DNA of 62,912 nucleotides from Candidatus Thorarchaeota archaeon (GTDB lineage: Archaea > Asgardarchaeota > Lokiarchaeia > Sigyniarchaeales > SOKP01). The stretch is from positions 1 to 62,912 of the forward strand of contig JBHLQY010000001.1 of the NCBI GenBank assembly GCA_048883105.1, written 5' to 3'. Made by a program: the position numbers and the translations under genes. The notes beneath the pieces were generated by a model, which did no database searches, was not told where the DNA came from, and saw only the letters and a program-made list of their open reading frames with translations. Positions 38,835-48,265 of the stretch are shown here, in pieces (position 1 is the first letter of the stretch; every line of letters begins with the position of its first letter).

Positions 38835-39833
38835 CTATTTCTCCCTCCAAACGACCCCACAGAGTCCACATTTATATTTCTTGCCGTACATTCTAGGATA
38901 ATCAAGAATAATGTTGGTCTTATCTATCGATTCGTGAATCAAGCTCTTATCTTCGTTTTCACATTTCGGACATTTTCTGCGTCCTTCGACTTTTTCAATT
39001 GTCATAATTGATTCATCCACTTGTCCTGGTATGCCAGGAGCAGCACTTGAAGATACTTCTGTTTTTATCTCGGGAGTTGTTGCTTCCTCAACCTCTGCTT
39101 TATGCTCTGGTTCAATGGCCGCAGCAATTTTATCTGCTTCAGTTTCAGTCTCTAATTCTGACTCTGCTTTTAATTGAACGGCATCTGATTCTTTATAATC
39201 TTCACCTTTTTCTAAGGCAGTTAAAAACTCAGCATCATCTCCCTCTTCAAATATTACCTCATTTTGATCACCTGCTCGATCTGCGTCAATACTTCTAGCC
39301 CATTGACCTGATTTTACCTTTTCTTTTACACTACAAGTTGATCCCTGCCATATATAGACTTTCGTTCCCAGATCTGCAACAAAACAATCTTCAGAAGCTA
39401 AAGAATCCTTGGAAAAAGGAACTTGAATCATTTTCATAGCATTAATATCTTCAAATTCTTCAGAAGATACTCTATATAAAACGTTTTTATGTTCAGCAAA
39501 TTGAGCCCAATCCCCAGTTACAACGTCTTTTAACATAGTCTTAGCGATATTTTGTTCAACAATCTTCATTGCACCTATGGAAGCGATGAGTTTCAAAAAT
39601 TCTGGTGTCTCTTGACCTTGGTCAACGGTAATAATCTTTGCTGCTCCGCCTCTCTCCTGATCTAACCTCCGAGCATTGGCTGCACCTGTAGTCTTCTCAT
39701 CAATGCTGCATTTACTTCCAATCCATACATAAATAGTTTTTTCGTCGTCAATAAGATACACATCACCAGTAGAGAACACTGGATTCTTTATTTCGTTAAG
39801 CTCACCCTTGTTTACTAAATATAATTTAACCAT
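38835..39833 (-). CDS. Two-domain gelsolin-like protein with an acidic linker and a C-terminal zinc-ribbon domain (2DGelX-like architecture)
   Basis: Domain 1 is GDVYLIDDEKTIYVWIGSKCSIDEKTTGAANARRLDQERGGAAKIITVDQGQETPEFLKLI. Domain 2 is EDCFVADLGTKVYIWQGSTCSVKEKVKSGQWARSIDADR...EEGDDAEFLTAL. Both fit the gelsolin-repeat consensus (D.filD.g..iy.W.G..s...Ek..a...a..l......E...F). The C-terminus is CPKCEN...CGLCG. Confidence 0.78.
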   Translation of the reverse strand: MVKLYLVNKGELNEIKNPVFSTGDVYLIDDEKTIYVWIGSKCSIDEKTTGAANARRLDQERGGAAKIITVDQGQETPEFLKLIASIGAMKIVEQNIAKTMLKDVVTGDWAQFAEHKNVLYRVSSEEFEDINAMKMIQVPFSKDSLASEDCFVADLGTKVYIWQGSTCSVKEKVKSGQWARSIDADRAGDQNEVIFEEGDDAEFLTALEKGEDYKESDAVQLKAESELETETEADKIAAAIEPEHKAEVEEATTPEIKTEVSSSAAPGIPGQVDESIMTIEKVEGRRKCPKCENEDKSLIHESIDKTNIILDYPRMYGKKYKCGLCGVVWREK

Positions 39834-39965
39834 TATAATTCACCAATTTACTTTTATTTTTTTAGTTTAAGTATTTTGATTATAGTGTATATTTATAAAA
39901 ATCTTTAGAATCATTTTTATATATTTTTATAAAAAGAGAATCAAAAATAAAAAAAACTATTTAAA

Positions 39966-41345
39966 TTAAAAATCCTTAAGAGCCAAATTAATTCTGTTTA
40001 TAAACTCTGGTATTTGTTGTGTGTCAATAGAACAATAAGCAATTCGAATACCGTTAATATTATCGTTTATTTTCTCAATAGGGATTACTCCGACTTTATA
40101 TTTCTTTAATAAATGGTCTGCAAATTCAGTTGCTCTAATTTTAGATGGATTTAGGTTTACAAATAAGAAAAATCCCCCTGAATTAGGATCAACTGCAATA
40201 TCTGGATCATTTATTTGTGCTAATTCAGAATTTATTTTCTCGTATCTTATTTTAAGCAGATGTTTAACCTTATCTCTCTCTGCTATAATTTGGTCAATCC
40301 CATTTTCTTGAAACATTTTTTGAATTATAGCTTGATAAAAGTGGTTACAATTTGATATCGTACTCCTATTCATCCCCTCTAATTTGTTCTCGATCTCTTT
40401 TTTCAAAATTTCTAACTCATCGTCGTTTGTGACCCAATTTGGTTTTATACCTATAGTCACGAAACCTATTCTTCCACCATACATAAGAAGCTCTTTTGTT
40501 ATTCCATCTAATTTAATTGGAATAATATTTTCGTCTAATTGGTGTAGATCGTAAAACATAGAGATCTTTATATTATCCTCATTATAGACGTAAGATTCGT
40601 ACGCGTCATCTACAATAACTATAATAGTCTTTTTCAAGGAACTATATATTTCTCTTAGCAAATCAATTATCTCATTAGCTTCTCTGAAAGTTGGCGTATA
40701 ACCTGTTGGATTATTTGGGAAGTTTAAAATTATGACTATTTTTTCTTGCACTTTGGAAACTTCTAAAATTGCGTCTTTTAATCCTTGTAGATTAATATTA
40801 TTATCCTTAAAAAAATCGAAAGATTTAATCTTAGCACCTATATGTTTAACAATAACATTATCGTAATTTCCCCATCTTTTATTCGGAGAAATAATGTATT
40901 CTCCCGGTTTTAAAAATATAGCACAGGATAAATAAATCCCGTTTGTTACACCCGAAGTAATAATTGGTGTTGTAATATACTTTTCAAGTCTTTTAATCTT
41001 TTTTTTCTCTATCTCTTCGTCATACAGAGATTTTTTATTTATCCATTTTTTCCAAACATCTCTGGTGTTAGCAAGGCCACCAATGGAAGCATAAGGAACG
41101 ATTTGCTTAATGTTTATATTTGTATAATTCTTAATATCCTTAAGATAACATGGGATCCATTCGTTAGACCCGCCGTCGATAAAATCTTTTTCAAAACCAA
41201 AAGCAGAGCCTACTGTGCCGATGATCTCAGCTTCTTTTTTTGCCCTTCCTGACCAATAAAATATTCCCTCTGGCAAAAAAATCCGTTTTCCTAACTCTGA
41301 GAATGCATTATATAAGGGAGTTTTCTGAATATACTTAAATTCCAT
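39966..41345 (-). CDS. Class I/II PLP-dependent aminotransferase
   Basis: The ORF has ILNFPNNPTGYTPT (the N.P.NPTG motif), DDAY and a later GGRIGF-type segment, over 459 aa. Confidence 0.72.
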   Translation of the reverse strand: MEFKYIQKTPLYNAFSELGKRIFLPEGIFYWSGRAKKEAEIIGTVGSAFGFEKDFIDGGSNEWIPCYLKDIKNYTNINIKQIVPYASIGGLANTRDVWKKWINKKSLYDEEIEKKKIKRLEKYITTPIITSGVTNGIYLSCAIFLKPGEYIISPNKRWGNYDNVIVKHIGAKIKSFDFFKDNNINLQGLKDAILEVSKVQEKIVIILNFPNNPTGYTPTFREANEIIDLLREIYSSLKKTIIVIVDDAYESYVYNEDNIKISMFYDLHQLDENIIPIKLDGITKELLMYGGRIGFVTIGIKPNWVTNDDELEILKKEIENKLEGMNRSTISNCNHFYQAIIQKMFQENGIDQIIAERDKVKHLLKIRYEKINSELAQINDPDIAVDPNSGGFFLFVNLNPSKIRATEFADHLLKKYKVGVIPIEKINDNINGIRIAYCSIDTQQIPEFINRINLALKDF

Positions 41346-41430
41346 ATTATTTGGGGAAATCTATCAAAATTAATTAATTTTTCCAAAAAAAGTAAAATTT
41401 TTTAATATAATCGAGGGTATATTTAAATTT

Positions 41431-41895
41431 ATGAGCAATGAAAATAATTCTGAAAAGGAAAAGGAAAATATTATTACGAAAGGCTGGAATGATTTCGTTT
41501 CTGGGTTAAAAGATGGCTTTGAAAAATTTAAAACCAATCTAGAGAACCAATCTCTCAAAAATGTTGAGAACTGGGAAAAAGCTAAAGGAAAAGTTGGAAA
41601 TTTTTTCAAAAAAATGAATAATAATTGGGATAAGCAAGTCAAAGAATGGGATGAGGGGATAAAAGAAATTCAAGAACAAAATAAAGAACAATGGGAAGCG
41701 AGAAAAGAGAGAATTAGAGAAGATTTTGAAAGATGGCAAAATAATATGCGACAAGACTGGAATGAGGGCGTTAAATCATGGAATAGGGGGATGATAAAAG
41801 GAGCCTGGATATTCCTCATTGTTATGATTCCTATAATTATCATTTTATTCGCTATTGTGTATATATTTCGAATGTTAATGGAAGCTGTCCCATAA
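41431..41895 (+). CDS. Tail-anchored protein with a Trp-punctuated helical ectodomain/cytosolic domain, 154 aa
   Basis: Charged helical sequence carries W at residues 19, 48, 66, 73, 88, 102, 110, 117 and 126. A single C-terminal TM follows (AWIFLIVMIPIIIILFAIVYIF). Confidence 0.45.
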   Translation: MSNENNSEKEKENIITKGWNDFVSGLKDGFEKFKTNLENQSLKNVENWEKAKGKVGNFFKKMNNNWDKQVKEWDEGIKEIQEQNKEQWEARKERIREDFERWQNNMRQDWNEGVKSWNRGMIKGAWIFLIVMIPIIIILFAIVYIFRMLMEAVP

Positions 41896-42016
41896 TTTGC
41901 AAGCAATTTCTATCTCTTTTTCTTTCTAAAATATTTATACCTTTAAATGAAAAAATCTAAATTTTATTAATTTTTAATTCAATTATAATAAGTTTATTAA
42001 CCATGATGATTTCCTT

Positions 42017-42808
42017 TTGAGAATATTTCCTTCAGATAATAAGAAAATCGTGATTAAAGTTTCAACAAATATGATTACGGATGGAGTTGATACTATTTAT
42101 TTAGATAAAATTAAAGCATTTGTAAAAGAAGTAGCAGAATTAATTAGGGATGGTAAAACTATAATAATTGTAAGTAGCGGAGCTATTGGTTGTGGGCTCG
42201 CAAAACTTGCTTTAAAAACTCGCCCAAAAGAATATAAACTACTTCAAGCTTTAGCATCTGTGGGTCAGATTCATCTAATGAGTATCTACCAAGAAGAATT
42301 TAATAAATATGGCTTAAATGTAGGTCAAATATTACTTTCTGCTGATGATACTAAAGATTCTACTCGACGAGCTTATGTAAGGAATACCCTAGAAGTTTTA
42401 TTAGAAAAGGGTATTGTTCCAATAATTAATGAAAACGATTCCGTTGCGATAGAGGAAATAAGATATGGTGATAACGATACTCTTTCGGCTTTGGTGGCAA
42501 TATTACTATTCGTTGATCTTTTAGTATTACTAACCGATGTTGAAGGATTCTATGATAAAAATCCTAAGATCCATTCTGACTGTAAATTAATAAAACAAGT
42601 AGATATTATCGATGAGGAATTAGAAAAATTAGCGGAAGACATTGATGGTGGAATTACATTCGGCGGAATGACTTCAAAGATAAAAGCAATAAAAAAATTG
42701 ACTAATATTGGAATTCCTGCCATAATCACATCATTTAGTAAAAACAATATCTTGAAAAGACTATTAAATGGAGAAGAGTTAGGGACTTATTTTATACCAC
42801 AAAAATAA
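42017..42808 (+). CDS. proB: Glutamate 5-kinase (no PUA domain)
   Basis: The amino-acid-kinase fold motifs are present: IVIKVSTNMIT, IIIVSSGAIGCG, IPIINENDSVA..EIRYGDNDTLSALVA, LTDVEGFY. The start is TTG. Confidence 0.85.
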   Translation: MRIFPSDNKKIVIKVSTNMITDGVDTIYLDKIKAFVKEVAELIRDGKTIIIVSSGAIGCGLAKLALKTRPKEYKLLQALASVGQIHLMSIYQEEFNKYGLNVGQILLSADDTKDSTRRAYVRNTLEVLLEKGIVPIINENDSVAIEEIRYGDNDTLSALVAILLFVDLLVLLTDVEGFYDKNPKIHSDCKLIKQVDIIDEELEKLAEDIDGGITFGGMTSKIKAIKKLTNIGIPAIITSFSKNNILKRLLNGEELGTYFIPQK

Positions 42809-43064
42809 ATTAGAGTTTATTTGATTAATAATTTAAATCTCATATGATACTGAAATAACCAATTCCTTCTTTTTGTTGAAATAATCAATTCAATGTTATC
42901 AGTTTTTTAACGTTCAGAGAAAAAATTATAAGCCAGTAAATCTTACTAGGGCTAGGAAATTAATATTTTTTTAATTATATCTACTTATATAAGTATTTAA
43001 TAATGAGAGAATTTTTATAGTAATAGTAGAATTTAATCCATTTATTTAAAAAAGCAAATTTTTT

Positions 43065-46000
43065 ATGATATTTTATTTACCTTGGTTACCAGATTTTTCA
43101 TATTTTGAGCATAAGATAAAAAGTCCATTTAATCTAGATAAGACTTTTAGTTTTTTAAAGCGAAAAATTAGTGATAATGAAATTTTTGAGTCAAATGAAT
43201 ATCTCTTCTGGATCCTTATCTTATTATCTCATATTAACAAATTAGATTTAGTAGATGAAAAAGCAATCAAAAAATACATCTCAGGGTTAAAATATCACAA
43301 AGGTGGATATAAATTTTCAGACAAATTTGAGGAACCTGATATATGGAGTACTTTTTATTGTATAGCTACCTTGAAATTATTAGAACTTGACGATCTTATA
43401 GAAGATGATGATATAGAATTCATTAAGAACTCTCAAAGTCTTGGATCTGGAGGTGATGGCGGATTCTTTCATTGCAGCGCTAGAAACTGTTATATTAATT
43501 GTGATAGAAAAACTTCCGTGAAATCTAGTTTTTTTGCGCTTTCAACTTTAAAATTATTAGAGAAATTAGATGAAATTGACAGAGCACAATTAATTAAGTA
43601 CCTGAAGAAAAGTACTTTAAATAATATAGATTTAATTTATCAAATTTTAAGCCTAAAAATTTTAAACGAGATAGACAATATTATTTTAGAGAAACAAATT
43701 CCAATTATTCTCTCATGGCAAAAATTAAGAAGTGGATTTGCGATTGAAAGTAAAGTCCCTTCAATCGAAAATAATTTTTGGCCACTAATTTGTCTCGAGT
43801 TATTAAAGAAATTAGATTTAATTGATTTTGGAGGAGTACTTGGCTTTATAAGATCCATGGAAGACGTTGATGGTGGGTTCACAGATCAATATACCAGTCT
43901 TAGTAAAAATGTACCAAACATACGGAGTACCGCCCAAGCTCTTCTTTGTATACTTTTTATTTGGAAAAGACTTATTGAATTCATTGAAAATGAAATTCTT
44001 ATCCAATTAAAAGACTCGTCTGAAATCGATTTGATTCTTATTAGCGATAAATTTTCAATACCGGTGAAATTCGTAAAGGAAATTGCAAATTGGATGATAA
44101 AAAACGAATGGATTAATGGAGAAATATTCAATAGAAAAAAAAAATTTAATAGTTATTTTGATAAGCAGAATGCGATTACTCAAGAAATTATTAATGAAAT
44201 TATGGGAATTTTCAAAAATAAGCCAGGACAAAAGAGACTTAATTTGAATGAATTTAGTAAAAGTTTCGACTTTTCTAATGCATTAGAACGAGTAAAATTG
44301 GTGGTTAATGATTTAATTATTAATAAATTTTTAATAGGTAATATAGTAACACAAAAAAGAGAAACCTTTCTTGATAATTTTTTAGTCCTTGGAGAATATA
44401 TTCGTCTTACTAAGCCTCTTACTACTTATGTTGAAATAATGGATGAGAAAAAAAGGTTGGAAGATGCAAAAAGTAGTTTATTAAATATCCACACAAAATT
44501 AACTAATTTTTTACGAAAAAGTTCAGTTGAGTTAAAAATACTTATTGATCAAGAAAAAATTTCTGATACAAAAAAGAAATTACACGATAATTGTGAATAC
44601 GTTGACACTCAAATTCAAAAATACGAGAAGCTAATAAATCAAATTAATTCTGATCATATCTTTGTTAATTCTAAATTATTAAATCTCAAATTTGATAGAT
44701 ATTGGCCTATCATTAAAAGTTCTATTGAGAAATGCTTTTCAACATTTAAATCAGAAATAGATGAAAAAATCAAGAAAAAAGAAGAATTTATTACTGAACG
44801 GCTTGAAAAAGCTAGAAATCAAGAAGCAATTAAATCAGTAGAGAAAATTTTACATGATATTGAAATAGAATTAATTCAATATGGTGTTCAAATAAAGGAT
44901 TTCTTCCAAAAGAATTATACAAATCACGGAAGAGTGCTCTCACTAATTAAAACCATATCAGATTATATTAAGAAATCAGATTCTAAAATAAGATCAAACA
45001 TTTCAAAGAAATCCAAGATTATTAAATTCGATGAATTTAAAAAAGAACTCGATGAATTAAAAATCTCGTGGACGAAAAGACGTGAAGAATCAAAAAAAGT
45101 TATTCAATTTTATCAAAATATAATTAATAAACGAGAAGAATTAGAAAAATATATTGCTGATAACGTTTCCCTTCTTCAAAAATTTTCTGATGAGATAAAT
45201 GAACAAATCTCCAGTTTGGTAAAAAAGAATGAAATAAAAGAAGCTTCCAATATTTTATATAAGAGTATCAAGGAATTCCCCGAAATCTCCTCAAATAAAA
45301 ATGAAATTTTCTATGTCTCTGTAGATCAGATAAATCAAGAAATTTCTGAATTTCCAAAATTTTCTTCTGATATTAAAGCAGTTTGGAATAAAAAATTAGA
45401 AGATCAGAAAAGTAAATGGGTTAATGTTACATTAGCATTAAAAGAAAAACTCTATTTAGGGAGGGAATCTGATAAAAAAGATGAATTGGAACAAGATTTA
45501 AAAGATAATATCGGGGATATTAAAAATTCTATTGAAAATATGAAAAAAGCTACACATGAATTAATTAAAAAGAAATATATAACTGATGCTGAAAACAAAA
45601 CCCGTGAAACTTATATAAAAATAACTAAAAAAATAGATAAGTACAATCAAAAATTTAAAGATTTTATTAAAACATCCACCACTGAATTTATATCATTTAG
45701 AGAAACAGTGAAAGATTTAGTCGAAAATTGGGAAAAAGAAAAGATTAATTTAATCATACTTTTAAATAAAGCTAGAAACGAATTACTAAATGAGATAGAA
45801 AACACTAGCTCCACAGAAAAAAAGGGAGAATTGCAAGCATTAATTAAAACTTATGCATCTAACTTAGAAACCAATATAAATCAATTAAAATCGAATTATA
45901 ATCAATTTATTCAATCTGGGAAAAGCTTAAGTGAGTTTGAATCTAAATTACAAGCAGAAATCTTTAAAGTAAGAGATTCTTTAAAATTAATTGATAATCA

Positions 46001-46805
46001 AATAAAAAGTTTTATTAAAAAGGGTTCTCGAAATTACGAATCATTTCACGAAATAATTGAAGAAGAATTAGAATTATGGAATAATTCTAAATTATCAATA
46101 GAAAAAAAATTTGAAGCGGTCATTAATTGGATTAAAGAAGATATATTCATTAATAAACTTCAATTCTTCGTCAAAGCATTCAAGGATAATAAAGTTAGCA
46201 TTAATTACTTATCTAAAGTGCTGAATATGAAGTTAGAACCTTTAAAAATGAAATTAATTACGTTAATTTCAAATTCAAAGCTTAAAGGAAAATTAGATTC
46301 CAATGCTGATATGTTTATATTAGATGAAGAGCTCGCTCCCAAGGAATTTTCAGGTAAAGGAATAAAAGGTGAAGAGAAAAAAGAAGAAATGGATCCTATC
46401 AAACGAGATATTCTAAGCTTGCGCTATATAATCGTTATTCAAAATAAAATGGGTGCTTCAGTGTTTAATAGAAAATTAGGTGAATGGTATATGGATTCCG
46501 AACTTATTGGAGGATTTTTGACAGCTATACAAGATTTTAGTTCAGAAATTAAGCAAAAGAAAATTCCAATGAAGAGGATGGAATATAGAGATTTTGAAAT
46601 TATTTTAGAACAGGGTAAGTATACTTTTTCTGCATTATTTATTGATGGAGAAGAGACAGACTGGCTCCGTAGTAAATTACAGTTATTTGTAGAAGAATTC
46701 GAAAAAGTCCACGAAAAAAGCCTTAAACATTGGAAAGGTGAACTTGGGTCTTTTAGAGATTCTAGTTATTTAATTGATAAAGTTTTTGAATTATATCGTT
46801 TATGA
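43065..46805 (+). CDS. Giant multidomain protein (1246 aa): prenyltransferase/terpene-cyclase-type alpha-alpha toroid repeats + winged-helix modules + long coiled coil + C-terminal longin/roadblock-like domain
   Basis: About five N-terminal repeats have the form L..yi...Q...GGF......pd....T..al..L.ll..ld. Examples are ISGLKYHKGGYKFS..PDIWSTFYCIATLKLLELDD, IKNSQSLGSGGDGGFFHCS...SSFFALSTLKLLEKLD and IRSMEDVDGGFTDQY...RSTAQALLCIL. wH-like segments follow, then ~650 aa of coiled coil. The last 131 aa (RYIIVIQNKMGASVFNRKLG...LIGGFLTAIQDFSSEI....MKRMEYRDFEIILEQGKYTFSALFIDGEE...RSKLQLFVEEFEK) have a longin-like pattern. Confidence 0.6.
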   Translation: MIFYLPWLPDFSYFEHKIKSPFNLDKTFSFLKRKISDNEIFESNEYLFWILILLSHINKLDLVDEKAIKKYISGLKYHKGGYKFSDKFEEPDIWSTFYCIATLKLLELDDLIEDDDIEFIKNSQSLGSGGDGGFFHCSARNCYINCDRKTSVKSSFFALSTLKLLEKLDEIDRAQLIKYLKKSTLNNIDLIYQILSLKILNEIDNIILEKQIPIILSWQKLRSGFAIESKVPSIENNFWPLICLELLKKLDLIDFGGVLGFIRSMEDVDGGFTDQYTSLSKNVPNIRSTAQALLCILFIWKRLIEFIENEILIQLKDSSEIDLILISDKFSIPVKFVKEIANWMIKNEWINGEIFNRKKKFNSYFDKQNAITQEIINEIMGIFKNKPGQKRLNLNEFSKSFDFSNALERVKLVVNDLIINKFLIGNIVTQKRETFLDNFLVLGEYIRLTKPLTTYVEIMDEKKRLEDAKSSLLNIHTKLTNFLRKSSVELKILIDQEKISDTKKKLHDNCEYVDTQIQKYEKLINQINSDHIFVNSKLLNLKFDRYWPIIKSSIEKCFSTFKSEIDEKIKKKEEFITERLEKARNQEAIKSVEKILHDIEIELIQYGVQIKDFFQKNYTNHGRVLSLIKTISDYIKKSDSKIRSNISKKSKIIKFDEFKKELDELKISWTKRREESKKVIQFYQNIINKREELEKYIADNVSLLQKFSDEINEQISSLVKKNEIKEASNILYKSIKEFPEISSNKNEIFYVSVDQINQEISEFPKFSSDIKAVWNKKLEDQKSKWVNVTLALKEKLYLGRESDKKDELEQDLKDNIGDIKNSIENMKKATHELIKKKYITDAENKTRETYIKITKKIDKYNQKFKDFIKTSTTEFISFRETVKDLVENWEKEKINLIILLNKARNELLNEIENTSSTEKKGELQALIKTYASNLETNINQLKSNYNQFIQSGKSLSEFESKLQAEIFKVRDSLKLIDNQIKSFIKKGSRNYESFHEIIEEELELWNNSKLSIEKKFEAVINWIKEDIFINKLQFFVKAFKDNKVSINYLSKVLNMKLEPLKMKLITLISNSKLKGKLDSNADMFILDEELAPKEFSGKGIKGEEKKEEMDPIKRDILSLRYIIVIQNKMGASVFNRKLGEWYMDSELIGGFLTAIQDFSSEIKQKKIPMKRMEYRDFEIILEQGKYTFSALFIDGEETDWLRSKLQLFVEEFEKVHEKSLKHWKGELGSFRDSSYLIDKVFELYRL

Positions 46806-46980
46806 GGTATCAAAATTTTTAATTATTGCTTTTTTAAGAGAAATAAGAAATACCTCAAATAAAAGAGAACAAATATATTAGTGCTTTTGAAATCTTAACC
46901 TTTCTTTTATAAAGCAAAAAGGATTTATGATATTTATTATAACTATTCTTTAAGAAAATAAGAAAATTTTGTGGAATTTC

Positions 46981-48237
46981 ATGACAATTGAGGATTTGAT
47001 GAAAAAAATTGGAGAAAAGGCTCGAAATGCTGCATTTTTTTTAAAAAACGCTTCAACAACTTCAAAAAATAACGCTTTATTTCGAATGGCTAACGATTTA
47101 GAAAAACAATCAGAAAAAATAATCGAAGTTAATAAAAAAGACTTAGAACACGCTAAAAAAAACAGATTAGAGCAATTAAAATTAGACAGGCTTGTCCTAA
47201 ATTCTGATAAAATTCATAAGATCGCAGAGGGATTAAGGGAAGTTGCAGCCCAACCAGATCCAATTAATGAGATCGTATCTATGAGGAGAGCGCCAAATGG
47301 GATGGATGTAGGCTTGATAAAAGTTCCATTGGGCGTAATTGGCATTATATATGAATCACGACCAAATGTTACTGCCGATGCAGCTGGACTATGTTTAAAA
47401 GCTGGTAATGCTATAATATTACGTGGAGGGCGTGAAGCAATAAATTCCAATATTCTAATTGCAGATATTCTGCACGGAGCAGCAGTTAAAGAAGGTCTTC
47501 CAGAAAATTGCATTCAAATTATAAGAGATACAAATAGGGAATATGTAGGGGAGATGTTAAAATTAAAAGATTACATTGATGTAATAATTCCAAGAGGTGG
47601 GGAATCCTTAATTCAGAGGGTAATTCAAAATTCAACTGTACCGACTATAGAAACTGGGATCGGAGTAGTTAGTATTTTCGTAAATTACGACGCAGATTTT
47701 GATATGGCTAAAAAATTAATTATTAATTCCAAATGTTCTTATCCTGCAGTATGTAATGCTTTAGATAAAATACTCGTTCACGAGAAAATTCAAGAAAAAT
47801 TTATTCCATTTATTGTTGACGTGTTAATTGAAAATGGGGTTGAAGTTAGAGGCTGTGAAACAACTCAAAAATTAGTAACAAATGTCATTTCCGCCACTGA
47901 AAAAGATTGGAGTACAGAATACTTATCTTTAAAAGTGTGTATCCGAGTTGTTAAAGATATTGATGAGGCTATAGAACTTATTACTAAATACGATTCAAAA
48001 CACACAGAATCAATAATTACAGAGAATTATGATGAGGCAAGGAAATTTTTATATGAAATAGATGCCGCTGCTGTTTACGTGAATGCCGCCACGCGATTAA
48101 CTGATGGAGGTGTCTTTGGCCTAGGCGCTGAGATTGGTATTTCAACACAAAAGCTACATGCTAGGGGACCTATGGGAGTTAATCAATTAATTACAACAAA
48201 ATATATCATTTACGGTAGTGGACAAATTAGAGAATAG
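46981..48237 (+). CDS. proA: Gamma-glutamyl phosphate reductase
   Basis: The aldehyde-dehydrogenase-fold ProA motifs are present: PLGVIGIIYESRPNVTADAAGLCLKAGNAIILRGG, IPRGG..LI, CNALDKILVH, HTESIIT, YVNAATRLTDG. I prefer the ATG at 46981. Confidence 0.9.
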   Translation: MTIEDLMKKIGEKARNAAFFLKNASTTSKNNALFRMANDLEKQSEKIIEVNKKDLEHAKKNRLEQLKLDRLVLNSDKIHKIAEGLREVAAQPDPINEIVSMRRAPNGMDVGLIKVPLGVIGIIYESRPNVTADAAGLCLKAGNAIILRGGREAINSNILIADILHGAAVKEGLPENCIQIIRDTNREYVGEMLKLKDYIDVIIPRGGESLIQRVIQNSTVPTIETGIGVVSIFVNYDADFDMAKKLIINSKCSYPAVCNALDKILVHEKIQEKFIPFIVDVLIENGVEVRGCETTQKLVTNVISATEKDWSTEYLSLKVCIRVVKDIDEAIELITKYDSKHTESIITENYDEARKFLYEIDAAAVYVNAATRLTDGGVFGLGAEIGISTQKLHARGPMGVNQLITTKYIIYGSGQIRE

Positions 48238-48265
48238 GAAATATTTAATTTTAGGTTAAAATGCT

